From Eimeria praecox (taxonomy: Eukaryota): DNA of 64,000 bases. The notes under the pieces were generated by a model. The model had not been told where the DNA came from, made no database searches, and worked only from the letters and a program-made list of their open reading frames with translations. This document shows positions 1-13,363 of this stretch, one piece after another. The stretch lies in contig OY986947.1 of assembly GCA_963920595.1 (NCBI GenBank), positions 124,001 to 188,000 of the forward strand, in the 5' to 3' direction. Within the stretch, counting starts at the first letter, position 1, and each line of letters begins with the position of its first letter. A program made the translations under genes and the position numbers.

Positions 1-3000
1 GCCGACGCGCCAGTGCACCCGCAAACAATTCCACACCAAACGCGTAGTCTGGCGGAAACTTGACTACGCATTGCAGTAGACTTCAAAATCTTCATGGACT
101 CAGTATCAGCCAGATAGCAAGAGCAGCAGGCCAAGCGCACATTCTTAATTAAGTCAGTATCGCAAGCATCCAGCTATGCTGGCTCCAGTGTGTCGCAGAA
201 AGCGAGCAAGCACCGCGGCGCTGATGGTTCCTTCTGAACAGACCTGCTCAGGAGATAGCGCACCTTGAATAGAATCCCTTGCAGCTCCGTGATATAGCAC
301 CCTTGCTGTATCCGTGCCGCGGACACGCAGCGGACCACCCAGAACTCCCTTACTACGGCGACGTTTGTGGGCATATCACAGCACCCAGCCCGACCCGTGT
401 CGAGTCTGCGTGCAGCTCATTAAAAGGCAGCACATGAACTTGCCGCTCAAAAATGCGCTTGCTGCATGCACCAGTATTCCATCACCTTAGCATCGCTTCT
501 CCAGAGATTCTGCGCCCCACTCAACGGACAGACTATCCTTTATCAGATGCACCACACCCTAAACGGCTTGCCACGATTGCCCTGCTAACCTGATCGCCTC
601 ACGCTAGCCTCACTTGCCACCTTGCAGTCATGCACTCTGTGCGGTACAACGCATCGCCGACGCGCCAGTGCACCCGCAAACAATTCCACACCAAACGCGT
701 AGTCTGGCGGAAACTTGACTACGCATTGCAGTAGACTTCAAAATCTTCATGGACTCAGTATCAGCCAGATAGCAAGAGCAGCAGGCCAAGCGCACATTCT
801 TAATTAAGTCAGTATCGCAAGCATCCAGCTATGCTGGCTCCAGTGTGTCGCAGAAAGCGAGCAAGCACCGCGGCGCTGATGGTTCCTTCTGAACAGACCT
901 GCTCAGGAGATAGCGCACCTTGAATAGAATCCCTTGCAGCTCCGTGATATAGCACCCTTGCTGTATCCGTGCCGCGGACACGCAGCGGACCACCCAGAAC
1001 TCCCTTACTACGGCGACGTTTGCGGGCATATCACAGCACCCAGCCCTACCCGTGTCGAGTCTGCGTGCACCTCATTAAAAGGCAGCACATGAACTTGCCG
1101 CTCAAAAACGCACTTGCTGCATGCAACCATAGTCCACCAGCTTACCAGCGCTTCGCCAAAAATCCGGGGCTCCATCCAACGGACTGACCGCCCTTTATCA
1201 GATGCACCACACCCTAAACGCCTTGCGACAATCGCTCAGCTAGCCTCATCCCCTCATGCTAATCTCATCTTCCAGCTTGCAATCATGCACTCTGTGCGCT
1301 GCAAGAGCTCACTGATGCCCCCGCCCATCAACCAACAATTGCAATTCACTTTGCGTGCATATCATAGCACCCAGCCCGACCCGCGTCGAGCCGGCGTGCA
1401 CCTCATTAATAGGCAGCGCATGAACTTGCCGCTCAAAAACGCACTTGCTGCATGCACCAGTATTCCGTCATCTTAGCATCGCTTCCCCAGAGATTCTGGG
1501 CCCCACTCAACGGACAGACTATCCTTTATCAGATGCACCACACCCTAAACGGCTTGCCACCATTGCCCTGCTAACCTGATCCCCTCACGCTAGCCTCACT
1601 TGCCGCCTTGCAGTCATGCACTCTGTGCGGTACAACGCATCGCCGACGCGCCAGTGCACCCGCAAACAATTCCACACCAAACGCGTAGTCTGGCGGAAAC
1701 TTGACTACGCATTGCAGTAGACTTCAAAATCTTCATGGGCTCAGTATCAGCCAGATAGCAAGAGCAGCAGGCCAAGCGCACATTCTTAATTAAGTCAGTA
1801 TCGCAAGCATCCAGCTATGCTGGCTCCAGTGTGTCGCAGAAAGCGAGCAAGCACCGCGGCGCTGATGGTTCCTTCTGAACAGACCTGCTCAGGAGATAGC
1901 GCACCTTGAATAGAATCCCTTGCAGCTCCGTGATATAGCACCCTTGCTGTATCCGTGCCGCGGACACGCAGCGGACCACGCAGAACTCCCTTACTGCGGC
2001 GACGTTTGTGGCCATATCACAGCACCCAGCCCGACCCGTGTCGAGTCTGCGTGCAGCTCATTAAAAGGCAGCACATGAACTTGCCGCTCAAAAATGCGCT
2101 TGCTGCATGCACCAGTATTCCATCACCTTAGCATCGCTTCTCCAGAGATTCTGCGCCCCACTCAACGGACAGACTATCCTTTATCAGATGCACCACACCC
2201 TAAACGGCTTGCCACGATTGCCCTGCTAACCTGATCCCCTCACGCTAGCCTCACTTGCCACCTTGCAGTCATGCACTCTGTGCGGTACAACGCATCGCCG
2301 ACGCGCCAGTGCACCCGCAAACAATTCCACACCAAACGCGTAGTCTGGCGGAAACTTGACTACGCATTGCAGTAGACTTCAAAATCTTCATGGACTCAGT
2401 ATCAGCCAGATAGCAAGAGCAGCAGGCCAAGCGCACATTCTTAATTAAGTCAGTATCGCAAGCATCCAGCTATGCTGGCTCCAGTGTGTCGCAGAAAGCG
2501 AGCAAGCACCGCGGCGCTGATGGTTCCTTCTGAACAGACCTGCTCAGGAGATAGCGCACCTTGAATAGAATCCCTTGCAGCTCCGTGATATAGCACCCTT
2601 GCTGTATCCGTGCCGCGGACACGCAGCGGACCACCCAGAACTCCCTTACTACGGCGACGTTTGTGGGCATATCACAGCACCCAGCCCGACCCGTGTCGAG
2701 TCTGCGTGCAGCTCATTAAAAGGCAGCACATGAACTTGCCGCTCAAAAATGCGCTTGCTGCATGCACCAGTATTCCATCACCTTAGCATCGCTTCTCCAG
2801 AGATTCTGCGCCCCACTCAACGGACAGACTATCCTTTATCAGATGCACCACACCCTAAACGGCTTGCCACGATTGCCCTGCTAACCTGATCGCCTCACGC
2901 TAGCCTCACTTGCCACCTTGCAGTCATGCACTCTGTGCGGTACAACGCATCGCCGACGCGCCAGTGCACCCGCAAACAATTCCACACCAAACGCGTAGTC

Positions 3001-6000
3001 TGGCGGAAACTTGACTACGCATTGCAGTAGACTTCAAAATCTTCATGGACTCAGTATCAGCCAGATAGCAAGAGCAGCAGGCCAAGCGCACATTCTTAAT
3101 TAAGTCAGTATCGCAAGCATCCAGCTATGCTGGCTCCAGTGTGTCGCAGAAAGCGAGCAAGCACCGCGGCGCTGATGGTTCCTTCTGAACAGACCTGCTC
3201 AGGAGATAGCGCACCTTGAATAGAATCCCTTGCAGCTCCGTGATATAGCACCCTTGCTGTATCCGTGCCGCGGACACGCAGCGGACCACCCAGAACTCCC
3301 TTACTACGGCGACGTTTGCGGGCATATCACAGCACCCAGCCCTACCCGTGTCGAGTCTGCGTGCACCTCATTAAAAGGCAGCACATGAACTTGCCGCTCA
3401 AAAACGCACTTGCTGCATGCAACCATAGTCCACCAGCTTACCAGCGCTTCGCCAAAAATCCGGGGCTCCATCCAACGGACTGACCGCCCTTTATCAGATG
3501 CACCACACCCTAAACGCCTTGCGACAATCGCTCAGCTAGCCTCATCCCCTCATGCTAATCTCATCTTCCAGCTTGCAATCATGCACTCTGTGCGCTGCAA
3601 GAGCTCACTGATGCCCCCGCCCATCAACCAACAATTGCAATTCACTTTGCGTGCATATCATAGCACCCAGCCCGACCCGCGTCGAGCCGGCGTGCACCTC
3701 ATTAATAGGCAGCGCATGAACTTGCCGCTCAAAAACGCACTTGCTGCATGCACCAGTATTCCGTCATCTTAGCATCGCTTCCCCAGAGATTCTGGGCCCC
3801 ACTCAACGGACAGACTATCCTTTATCAGGTGCACCACACCCTAAACGGCTTGCCACGATTGCCCTGCTAACCTGATCCCCTCACGCTAGCCTCACTTGCC
3901 GCCTTGCAGCCATGCACTCTGTGCGGTACAACGCATCGCCGACGCGCCAGTGCACCCGCAAACAATTCCACACCAAACGCGTAGTCTGGCGGAAACTTGA
4001 CTACGCATTGCAGTAGACTTCAAAATCTTCATGGACTCAGTATCAGCCAGATAGCAAGAGCAGCAGGCCAAGCGCACATTCTTAATTAAGCCAGTATCGC
4101 AAGCATCCAGCTATGCTGGCTCCAGTGTGTCGCAGAAAGCGAGCAAGCACCGCGACGCTGATGGTTCCTTCTGAACAGACCTGCTCAGGAGATACCGCAC
4201 CTTGAATAGAATTCCTTGCAGCTCCGTGATATAGCACCCTTGCTGTATCCGTGCCGCGGACACGCAGCGGACCACGCAGAACTCCCTTACTACGGCGACG
4301 TTTGCGGGCATATCACAGCACCCAGCCCTACCCGTGTCGAGTCTGCGTGCAGCTCATTAAAAGGCAGCACATGAACTTGCCGCTCAAAAACGCACTTGCT
4401 GCATGCAACCATATTCCACCAGCTTAGCACCACTTCTCCAGAGATTCTGCGCCCCACTCAACGGACAGACTATCCTTTATCAGATGCACCACACCCTAAA
4501 CGGCTTGCCACGATTGCCCTGCTAACCTGATCCCCTCACCCTAGCCTCACTTGCCGCCTTGCAGTCATGCACTCTGTGCGGTACAACGCATCGCCGACGC
4601 GCCAGTGCACCCGCAAACAATTCCACACCAAATGCGTAGTCTGGCAGAAACTTGACTACGCATTGCAGTAGACTTCAAAATCTTCATGGACTCAGTATCA
4701 GCCAGATAGCAAGAGCAGCAGGCCAAGCGCACATTCTTAATTAAGTCAGTATCGCAAGCATCCAGCTATGCTGGCTCCAGTGTGTCGCAGAAAGCGAGCA
4801 AGCACCGCGACGCTGATGGTTCCTTCTGAACAGACCTGCTCAGGAGATAGCGCGCCTTGAATAGAATCCCTTGCAGCTCCGTGATATAGCACCCTTGCTG
4901 TATCCGTGCCGCGGACACGCAGCGGACCACGCAGAACTCCCTTACTACGGCGACGTTTGCGGGCATATCACAGCACCCAGCCCTACCCGTGTCGAGTCTG
5001 CGTGCAGCTCATTAAAAGGCAGCACATGAACTTGCCGCTCAAAAACGCACTTGCTGCATGCAACCATATTCCACCAGCTTAGCACCACTTCTCCAGAGAT
5101 TCTGCGCCCCACTCAACGGACAGACTATCCTTTATCAGATGCACCACACCCTAAACGGCTTGCCACGATTGCCCTGCTAACCTGATCCCCTCACCCTAGC
5201 CTCACTTGCCGCCTTGCAGTCATGCACTCTGTGCGGTACAACGCATCGCCGACGCGCCAGTGCACCCGCAAACAATTCCACACCAAATGCGTAGTCTGGC
5301 AGAAACTTGACTACGCATTGCAGTAGACTTCAAAATCTTCATGGACTCAGTATCAGCCAGATAGCAAGAGCAGCAGGCCAAGCGCACATTCTTAATTAAG
5401 TCAGTATCGCAAGCATCCAGCTATGCTGGCTCCAGTGTGTCGCAGAAAGCGAGCAAGCACCGCGACGCTGATGGTTCCTTCTGAACAGACCTGCTCAGGA
5501 GATAGCGCGCCTTGAATAGAATCCCTTGCAGCTCCGTGATATAGCACCCTTGCTGTATCCGTGCCGCGGACACGCAGCGGACCACGCAGAACTCCCTTAC
5601 TACGGCGACGTTTGCGGGCATATCACAGCACCCAGCCCTACCCGTGTCGAGTCTGCGTGCACCTCATTAAAAGGCAGCACATGAACTTGCCGCTCAAAAA
5701 CGCACTTGCTGCATGCAACCATAGTCCACCAGCTTACCAGCGCTTCGCCAAAAATCCGGGGCTCCATCCAACGGACTGACCGCCCTTTATCAGATGCACC
5801 ACACCCTAAGCGCCTTGCGACAATCGCTCAGCTAGCCTCATCCCCTCATGCTAATCTCATCTTCCAGCTTGCAATTATGCACTCTGTGCGCTGCAAGAGC
5901 TCACTGATGCCCCCGCCCATCAACCAACAATTGCAATTCACTTTGCGTGCATATCATAGCACCCAGCCCGACCCGCGTCGAGCCGGCGTGCACCTCATTA

Positions 6001-8420
6001 ATAGGCAGCGCATGAACTTGCCGCTCAAAAACGCACTCGCTGCATGCACCAGTATTCCATCAGCTTAGCACCGCTTCTCCAGAGATTCTGCGCCCCACTC
6101 AACGGACAGACTATTCTTTATCAGATGCACCACACCCTAAACGGCTTGCCACGATTGCCCTGCTAACCTGATCCCCTCACGCTAGCCTCACTTGCCACCT
6201 TGCAGTCATGCACTCTGTGCGGTACAACGCATCGCCGACGCGCCAGTGCACCCGCAAACAATTCCACACCAAACGCGTAGTCTGGCGGAAACTTGACTAC
6301 GCATTGCAGTAGACTTCAAAATCTTCATGGACTCAGTATCAGCCAGATAGCAAGAGCAGCAGGCCAAGCGCACATTCTTAATTAAGCCAGTATCGCAAGC
6401 ATCCAGCTATGCTGGCTCCAGTGTGTCGCAGAAAGCGAGCAAGCACCGCGGCGCTGATGGTTCCTTCTGAACAGACCTGCTCAGGAGATACCGCACCTTG
6501 AATAGAATCCCTTGCAGCTCCGTGATATAGCACCCTTGCTGTATCCGTGCCGCGGACACGCAGCGGACCACGCAGAAGTCCCTTACTACGGCGACGTTTG
6601 TGGGCATATCACAGCACCCAGCCCTACCCGTGTCGAGTCTGCGTGCACCTCATTAAAAGGCAGCACATGATCTTGCTGCTCAAAAACGCACTTGCTGCAT
6701 GCAGCCATATTCCACCAGCTTAGCACCACTTCTCCAGAGATTCTGGGCCCCACTCAACGGACAGACTATCCTTTATCAGATGCACCACACCCTAAACGGC
6801 TTGCCACGATTGCCCTGCTAACCTGATCCCCTCACGCTAGCCTCACTTGCCACCTTGCAGTCATGCACTCTGTGCGGTACAACGCATCGCCGACGCGCCA
6901 GTGCACCCGCAAACAATTCCACACCAAACGCGTAGTCTGGCGGAAACTTGACTACGCATTGCAGTAGACTTCAAAATCTTCATGGACTCAGTATCAGCCA
7001 GATAGCAAGAGCAGCAGGCCAAGCGCACATTCTTAATTAAGTCAGTATCGCAAGCATCCAGCTATGCTGGCTCCAGTGTGTCGCAGAAAGCGAGCAAGCA
7101 CCGCGGCGCTGATGGTTCCTTCTGAACAGACCTGCTCAGGAGATAGCGCGCCTTCAATAGAATCCCTTGCAGCTCCGTGATATAGCACCCTTGCTGTATC
7201 CGTGCCTCGGACACGCAGCGGACCACCCAGAACTCCCTTACTACGGCGACGTTTGCGGGCATATCACAGCACCCAGCCCTACCCGTGTCGAGTCTGCGTG
7301 CACCTCATTAAAAGGCAGCACATGAACGTGCCGCTCAAAAACGCACTTGCTGCATGCAACCATAGTCCACCAGCTTACCAGCGCTTCGCCAAAAATCCGG
7401 GGCTCCATCCAACGGACTGACCGCCCTTTATCAGATGCACCACACCCTAAGCGCCTTGCGACAATCGCTCAGCTAGCCTCATCCCCTCATGCTAATCTCA
7501 TCTTCCAGCTTGCAATTATGCACTCTGTGCGCTGCAAGAGCTCACTGATGCCCCCGCCCATCAACCAACAATTGCAATTCACTTTGCGTGCATATCATAG
7601 CACCCAGCCCGACCCGCGTCGAGCCGGCGTGCACCTCATTAATAGGCAGCGCATGAACTTGCCGCTCAAAAACGCACTTGCTGCATGCACCAGTATTCCG
7701 TCATCTTAGCATCGCTTCCCCAGAGATTCTGGGCCCCACTCAACGGACAGACTATCCTTTATCAGGTGCACCACACCCTAAACGCCTTGCGACAATCGCT
7801 CAGCTAGCCTCATCCCCTCATACTAACTTCATCTGCCAGCTTGCATTCATTCACTCCGTGCACTGCAGTAGTTACTGACGCATCAGCCGATGAACCAACA
7901 ATGACAACTCCATTAGCCTGCATACAATGGCACCCAGCCCCACCCGCGTCGAGCCGGCGTGCACCTCATTAAAAGGCAGCACATGAACTTGCCGCTCAAA
8001 AACGCACTCGCTGCATGCACCAGTATTCCATCAGCTTAGCACCACTTCTCCAGAGATTCTGGGCCCCACTCAACGGACAGACTATCCTTTATCAGATGCA
8101 CCACACCCTAAACGGCTTGCCACGGTTACCCTGCTAACCTGATCCCCTCACGCTAGCCTCACTTGCCACCTTGCAGTCATGCACTCTGTGCGGTACAACG
8201 CATCGCCGACGCGCCAGCGCACCCGCAAACAATTCCACACCAAACGCGTAGTCTGGCGGAAACTTGACTACGCATTGCAGTAGACTTCAAAATCTTCATG
8301 GGCTCAGTATCAGCCAGATAGCAAGAGCAGCAGGCCAAGCGCACATTCTTAATTAAGTCAGTATCGCAAGCAGCCAGCTATGCTGGCTCCAGTGTGCCGC
8401 AGAAAGCGAGCAAGCACCGC
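1..8420. repeat. Array A core: tandem array of 655-bp (L) and 331-bp (S) monomers forming a 2296-bp higher-order repeat (S+L+L+L)
   Basis: The anchor gcatatca(c/t)agcacccagccc, or a close variant, recurs at 371, 1026, 1357, 2012, 2667, 3322, 3653, 4308, 4963, 5618, 5949, 6604, 7259, 7590 and 7920. Spacings are 655 or 331 bp, with one 330-bp variant at 7590-7919. S is a diverged homologue of the first half of L. The array continues past the left edge of the window. Confidence 0.97.
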
Positions 8421-8823
8421 ACAATTGCCAAGCTATCCTGCTCCCGCCAAATATGGTGTGCCCATGACGGCAACGCCATCTGGCAGCCTGCACGCGTGCA
8501 CTCTGTGCGGTACAGCATGCCACTGGCTGACCAGTTGACCAGGCCGCAATTCCAGGGAAAGGGCATAGACGGGAAGAAAAGCGGTCATACAATGTGTGCT
8601 CTTCGAATGCACCGATGCAAGCAGTTTGGCTTCGCATATATACAGACACTGGCAACACGCATGCTTAATTGTCGTGATTGGGTGTAGCCACCCCTGCCAC
8701 CTGAGTATGCCCACGTGCTCCAGCAAGCGCCGGTACTCTGCCAGTCCGCCCCTGAAACGCCCATTCGCACAATGATGTGCTCCTAATGGAAGCCACTGCC
8801 GCCGTATGATAGGACGCTTGCTG

Positions 8824-9411
8824 TCAGCGTCCCGCTAACATGCGGTGAACCATGCTCAATGGTTCACTGCATGGGTAATCGCGCGTGGATGCGCGATTAC
8901 CAAGCCCTAATCGTGCCGTCAGAGTGAGATTTATGAAAAAACGGGATAAACATTCGGCGCCCCAAAACTCACTGGCTGCATGCCACAGGAATCCATGAAC
9001 AATAATATGCTGCCCCCGCAATATCAAATTTATATACAAGCTGCGTCCATTATGTGCGGTACAACAGACCATTGACTGCCTGCTCGCCCAACAAACAATG
9101 TCAAACAGTGGGCATAGTCTGCAGGAAAAGAGATCATAGAGTGAGCGATCTACAAAAATGCCTATGCACGCAGTATCGGTGCCCATAACTAGAGAAAGAG
9201 GCCAAACGTAGATGCCTAATTTAGCTATAGTTGTGTGCAAGCGCCTATTCCCGGCTAAGCAGTTCCACGTGCTCGACAAGCCACCGCTATGCTGCCGACC
9301 CTTTCTCAAAAGGTCCACTCCTGCAATGCCTTGCTCTGCATGGGAGCCACTGTTGCCCAGCAATAAATTGTTTGCTGCAGGCGTACCGCGGGCACGCAGT
9401 GGAAGACGCAC
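8824..9411 (-). pseudogene. Best-preserved reading frame of the array A family (195 open codons; unknown product)
   Basis: Peptide DTACIGIFVDRSLYDLFSCRLCP...CCTAH aligns with TACIGAFEEHTLYDRFSSRLCP...CCTAQ (8353-8658) and with DTESMKIL...RCTAQ in L monomers. The plus-strand frame sharing the same wobble positions has 5 stops in 8825-9211, whereas this frame has none. Confidence 0.55.
8839..8901. other. Two abutting inverted repeats (stem-loops)
   Basis: catgcggtgaaccat-gctca-atggttcactgcatg (8839-8873; 15-bp stem with one G-T pair) is directly followed by ggtaatcgcgc-gtggat-gcgcgattacc (8874-8901; perfect 11-bp stem). Confidence 0.9.
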
Positions 9412-11286
9412 AACGCACTCTTAAAGGCAAAATTAAGGCTAAAAACAATTAATCCAGATAGGGGAGCGCCCAGTGCCAACTGTTCCGCCTGCTTATTAGA
9501 CCACTGGAAAGGAGGGTACTGCTCCTAGTCGCAATCCGCGCATTATGCGTCTCACAGCACTCCTTCACCGTTTTCAGTTTTCTCCTGATGTAACCGTCAT
9601 TACCCAATGCACAGGCATCCATGCATCGGATGCACCGTAGTCAGAAACGGCGTAGCACAATTGCCCAACTATGCTGCGCTGCAATGCTCCAACTATTTGC
9701 CAACCTGCAACTGCCCAGGCCATACAGCTAAATAGGCCATTGGCACCCCAGTGGACCAAGCAGTACTATCTCGCCAAGCCCTTGGTATGATGGGAGGATG
9801 ATCATACGCTCCGTTGCTCAGTAAAAACCCCGAGGAACGCAATGTGGCTGACCACAAGGCAATGTACCGGTTAACCCTACATTCGAAACCGAGCCCTCAC
9901 TGCATGCAAGAAATGCTTCCGCCTTCAGCGTTTCTAGCTGCCCGCGCAAACGCTGGTTTTTTCTTAACAGTGCTCTTCACTCATTGCACTTGCAGGGCTT
10001 TCTGAATCATCGCAAAGTAGACACGACCCATAGCTAGTCTCACCGGCGGTCAGGTGTTCGAATATTGGCAGGTTCATACTTAGGTAAGGCCTTAGGTCAA
10101 CATCACATTCGTATGCCTAAACAATATTCACAGTGCTAACAGGATCGCTGCGCGTAAACTGGTTCAGCATGTGCAAGGCATTTGCTATGAGTAGCACAGT
10201 AACTGGACACAAGAGCCTTGGGCACACATTTTGACATAGCTAAAGAGTGACGGGACAACAGGTTTGTAGGAAACACAATGTGCTTCCAGTTTAGCTGAGT
10301 ACAAGGATGCCTGATGTAGCAACAATAGCACAAACCTTTTTCAAGCGCTCAATATATAGCAGAGGGACTGGCAAGTCCCCCGCAATGCCGATCGGAACCG
10401 TTCAGTCAGCCGAACTCTGCCCATAGTGCTGAAATGTGATTATAGGGCTGTCGCACTGACTAAATGCATGTAAGCCAGAAATATTCGGCCGCCGGAGCTG
10501 GCGCGTGATTGCTTGCACTTCTATTTGGGCATTTGGAGCTTTCGTGTGGCGATTCAACGCAGTGCAGTATAGTTGGTGCACATGACGCAAGTAGATGGCA
10601 CAGTCTATTGCCGTTTCATATGCCATCTAGCAGCGGGCAAGCGGAAAAAGTGCGAAGGTCTGAACCGACACGTTGGGCATATCTTATTTGCTGTGGCATT
10701 TCCCAGCACAATCGCAGCGGCATTTGTCTTTTGCGTTTGAAGCTAGAACCGCTGAAGGCAGAAACGCCGCTTAAAACTTGTTCGTCTCGAGCTATGTCTG
10801 CTCATGCAAAATAAAGGAACCCTTCAATATGAGCTGCTGGAGATGAATTTAGCCCCGCATACTGACAATTTAAGCTGAAAGTGTTGCATGCAACGAAATT
10901 CGATAGACACGTAGTACGTGGTCAATCAGGCAGTAGGGCTGCACTGTGTGGCCACCAGCTGATCGGAAAGTTTATATCTGCTCCATGATATCTGCTCTAT
11001 ACTTCTCCACAGCTTTTCCAAGCCATATCGAAGCACCACAAAATAAGCTGGTGAAATTTGTGGAAAGCGACAAACTGCGCAGTTTCCTGTCGCCCACGTG
11101 GCCGAGCATTGCTGCACTCATGTCGACATCGGACCTCACATTCTAGCACGTCAGTCGCAGGTGCGTACAGTAGCTCAACACGTGCCGGGCACTCTGTGTG
11201 CGTTCTCTATTGCGCAGCGGCCCTGACGCAAGAGCCTTGTGCACAACTTCCGAGTTTCATACCCAATGACCGGATAGCAGGTTTAT

Positions 11287-12200
11287 GGACCCACGAGCTG
11301 CTTCCAATGTAGCGAAGTGCATACATGCCAACTGTAGGAAGGATAGAGCAAACCTTTGGAAGTGGCCAATAAATGGCAGAAGGGCAGAAGGAGTATGCAC
11401 GCCTTTCGTGCAGTAAACGCAGCACTGCCCTTAGTGGTGCAATATTGTTGCAGGGCTGCCTCACTGCCTAAATCCATACCCGCCAGAAACATTGGACTGA
11501 AGGTGCTCATGCATGATTGCTTGCTCTTTCATATGGGCATTTGAGGTTTAGCGTACAAAAGGAGAGCTAACGAACGCAACCCAGCGTACCATGCACCTGA
11601 CACGCTTGCTCCAGTGGCGCTGCGCCTTCACAATAACAACTGTCCTGCAGCATGCTCAAACAGATGGTAATGCAAACGCGTTTAGCTTCATCCGTCATTC
11701 TAGAATGCCTCTCTGCACAGTGATAAATAGACAGGTACCGCGGCGGACCCACAAGCTGATTCCAGTATAGCGAAGTGCATACATGCCAACTGCAGGGAGG
11801 ATAGAGCAAACTTTTGGAAGTGGCCAATAAGTGGCAGAAGGGCAGAAGGAGTATGCATGCCTTTCGTGGAGTAAACGCAGCACTGCCCTTAGTGGTGCAA
11901 TATTGCTGCAGGGCTGCCGCATTCCCTAAATCCATACCCGCCAGAAACATTGGACTGAAGGTGCTCATGCATGATTGCTTGCTCTTTCATATGGGCATTT
12001 GAGGTTTAGCGTACAAAAGGCGAGCTAACGAACGCAACCCAGCGTACCGTGCACCTGACACGCTTGCTCCAGTGGCGCTGCGCCTTCACAATAAGAAGTG
12101 TCCTACAGCATGCTCAAACAGATGGTAATGCAAACGCGTTTAGCTTCATCCGTCATTCTAGAATGCCTCTCTGCACAGTGATAAATAGACAGGTACCGCG
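11287..12200. repeat. Tandem duplication with a 458-bp period
   Basis: 11287-11742 matches 11745-12200 (ggaccca...ggtaccgcg) with scattered substitutions. Duplicate ORFs start at 11356 and 11814. Confidence 0.95.
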
Positions 12201-12314
12201 CCTTTATATATCTCAGCAGCCATCCACCTTGCCTAAGGGCGGCCCTGCCAACGTGAAACGATGGTCATCTACTCCGAGGGGTTCCTGCTGAGTTGCTAAC
12301 GCACAGCCAGCCGC

Positions 12315-13266
12315 CATGCACCCGATTTGCCCATTATCCATACGGGTCATGAAGCTTTTACCTTGCAGCACCGAAGGCGAGAAGATCATTATAGGCCTCC
12401 CCATACATACCATAATCCAATGCCGCAACATGTTCTACCAAGTGCCCCAACCGCATGAAAAACTGCTGCACACGTTACCATGCACCTTCCTTCTGGTAAA
12501 GCATGGCCAAACTGCTTTGGCTAACCAAACCTAGCCACCTACAAGCCTGGAGGGTGCAGCGGAAGACAAACAAGCGACTGTTCGTGCAAAAGCCACTCGC
12601 CATGAAGGGAGATTAAGAACAGAACCAGCGTGACTCGCCCATAGCCGTTTCAGCATGTCCGGTATGTGTGAAGCCAATGCCGCACTCGTTGGTTTAAGGC
12701 TGGTCTAGCCGATCCGTACTGCCTATATGCGCGACGCAGAGAAGTAACGAGGGGAAAGGCCCACATGCTGGCCATAAGATGGCAAACGGGGCCTTCGTGA
12801 GCAATGCAGTGAAGCGCTGTGCAGTTGAAGCATGTGAGGCAAGGAGATAGCATAGCCTGTCGTAGATTCATGGGTCACCTAACCACCAACCAGTAGAGCA
12901 CACTATTTGGCGCTTTCGTAGTTGTGGTAGCATTTCCCAGCACTGGCCCGTCGGCCAGTTTGGAGCTAGAACCGATAAAGGCAGAAACACAACTAAGAAG
13001 TTGCCGGTCCACTTCGAACTGCTCCTGCTAGTGCCGAGCAAAGGGGCGCTTGAGCATGTGTTACTGAAGACGAGATGCTAGTCGCGGATGCTGACGGATT
13101 CGTTCCAAAGTGATACAACTAATAATATAGCAAAGGCTAAGTATGTGGTCAATCCGAAAATAAGATCGAGCCGAGTGGTCATTGCCCAGCAATGTGGATT
13201 CTCTGTACTGCCATACAGCAGTTCCAACCCATTCCGAAGCGCCACCAAATAGTTACGATGCATCCA
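12315..13266. repeat. 952-bp near-identical direct repeat, copy 1
   Basis: catgcacccgatttgcc...gatgcatcca recurs at +2483; only about 3 differences seen. Confidence 0.96.
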
Positions 13267-13363
13267 TCCAAGGCCACAAATGGCCAGTCTCACGATCTGT
13301 CGCGCAGTCGAGCATTGGTTGGCTGATTGTGGGCGCCCTGTGGGTGCACCATCCAAAGCAAGA

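Larger units (their letters stand above)
8421..9420. repeat. Two strongly diverged terminal copies of the array A monomer
   Basis: Colinear matches to L, e.g. gcactctgtgcggtaca at ~8498, tatgtgcggtacaac at ~9051, ctggctgcatgc at ~8972 and ccgcgggcacgcagtgga at ~9386. Confidence 0.85.

Noticed and set aside
557..563. Telomeric repeat tract
   Set aside because: Only isolated CCCTAAA heptamers occur, never in tandem.
462..613. Possible minus-strand intron in the L monomer (GTGAGG...TGCATGCAG, containing TTTAGGG) that would remove several stops
   Set aside because: The GT donor is absent in the S monomer, and stops and frameshifts remain outside the interval. Spliced RNA-seq reads could revive the idea.
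174..7709. Repeated 66-, 72- and 120-aa ORFs in array A as a small-protein gene array
   Set aside because: They recur only because the DNA is repeated, and they do not persist as ORFs in the diverged edge copies.
1..8420. CRISPR-like array
   Set aside because: Units are 331-655 bp and repeated along their whole length, with no unique spacers and no cas genes.
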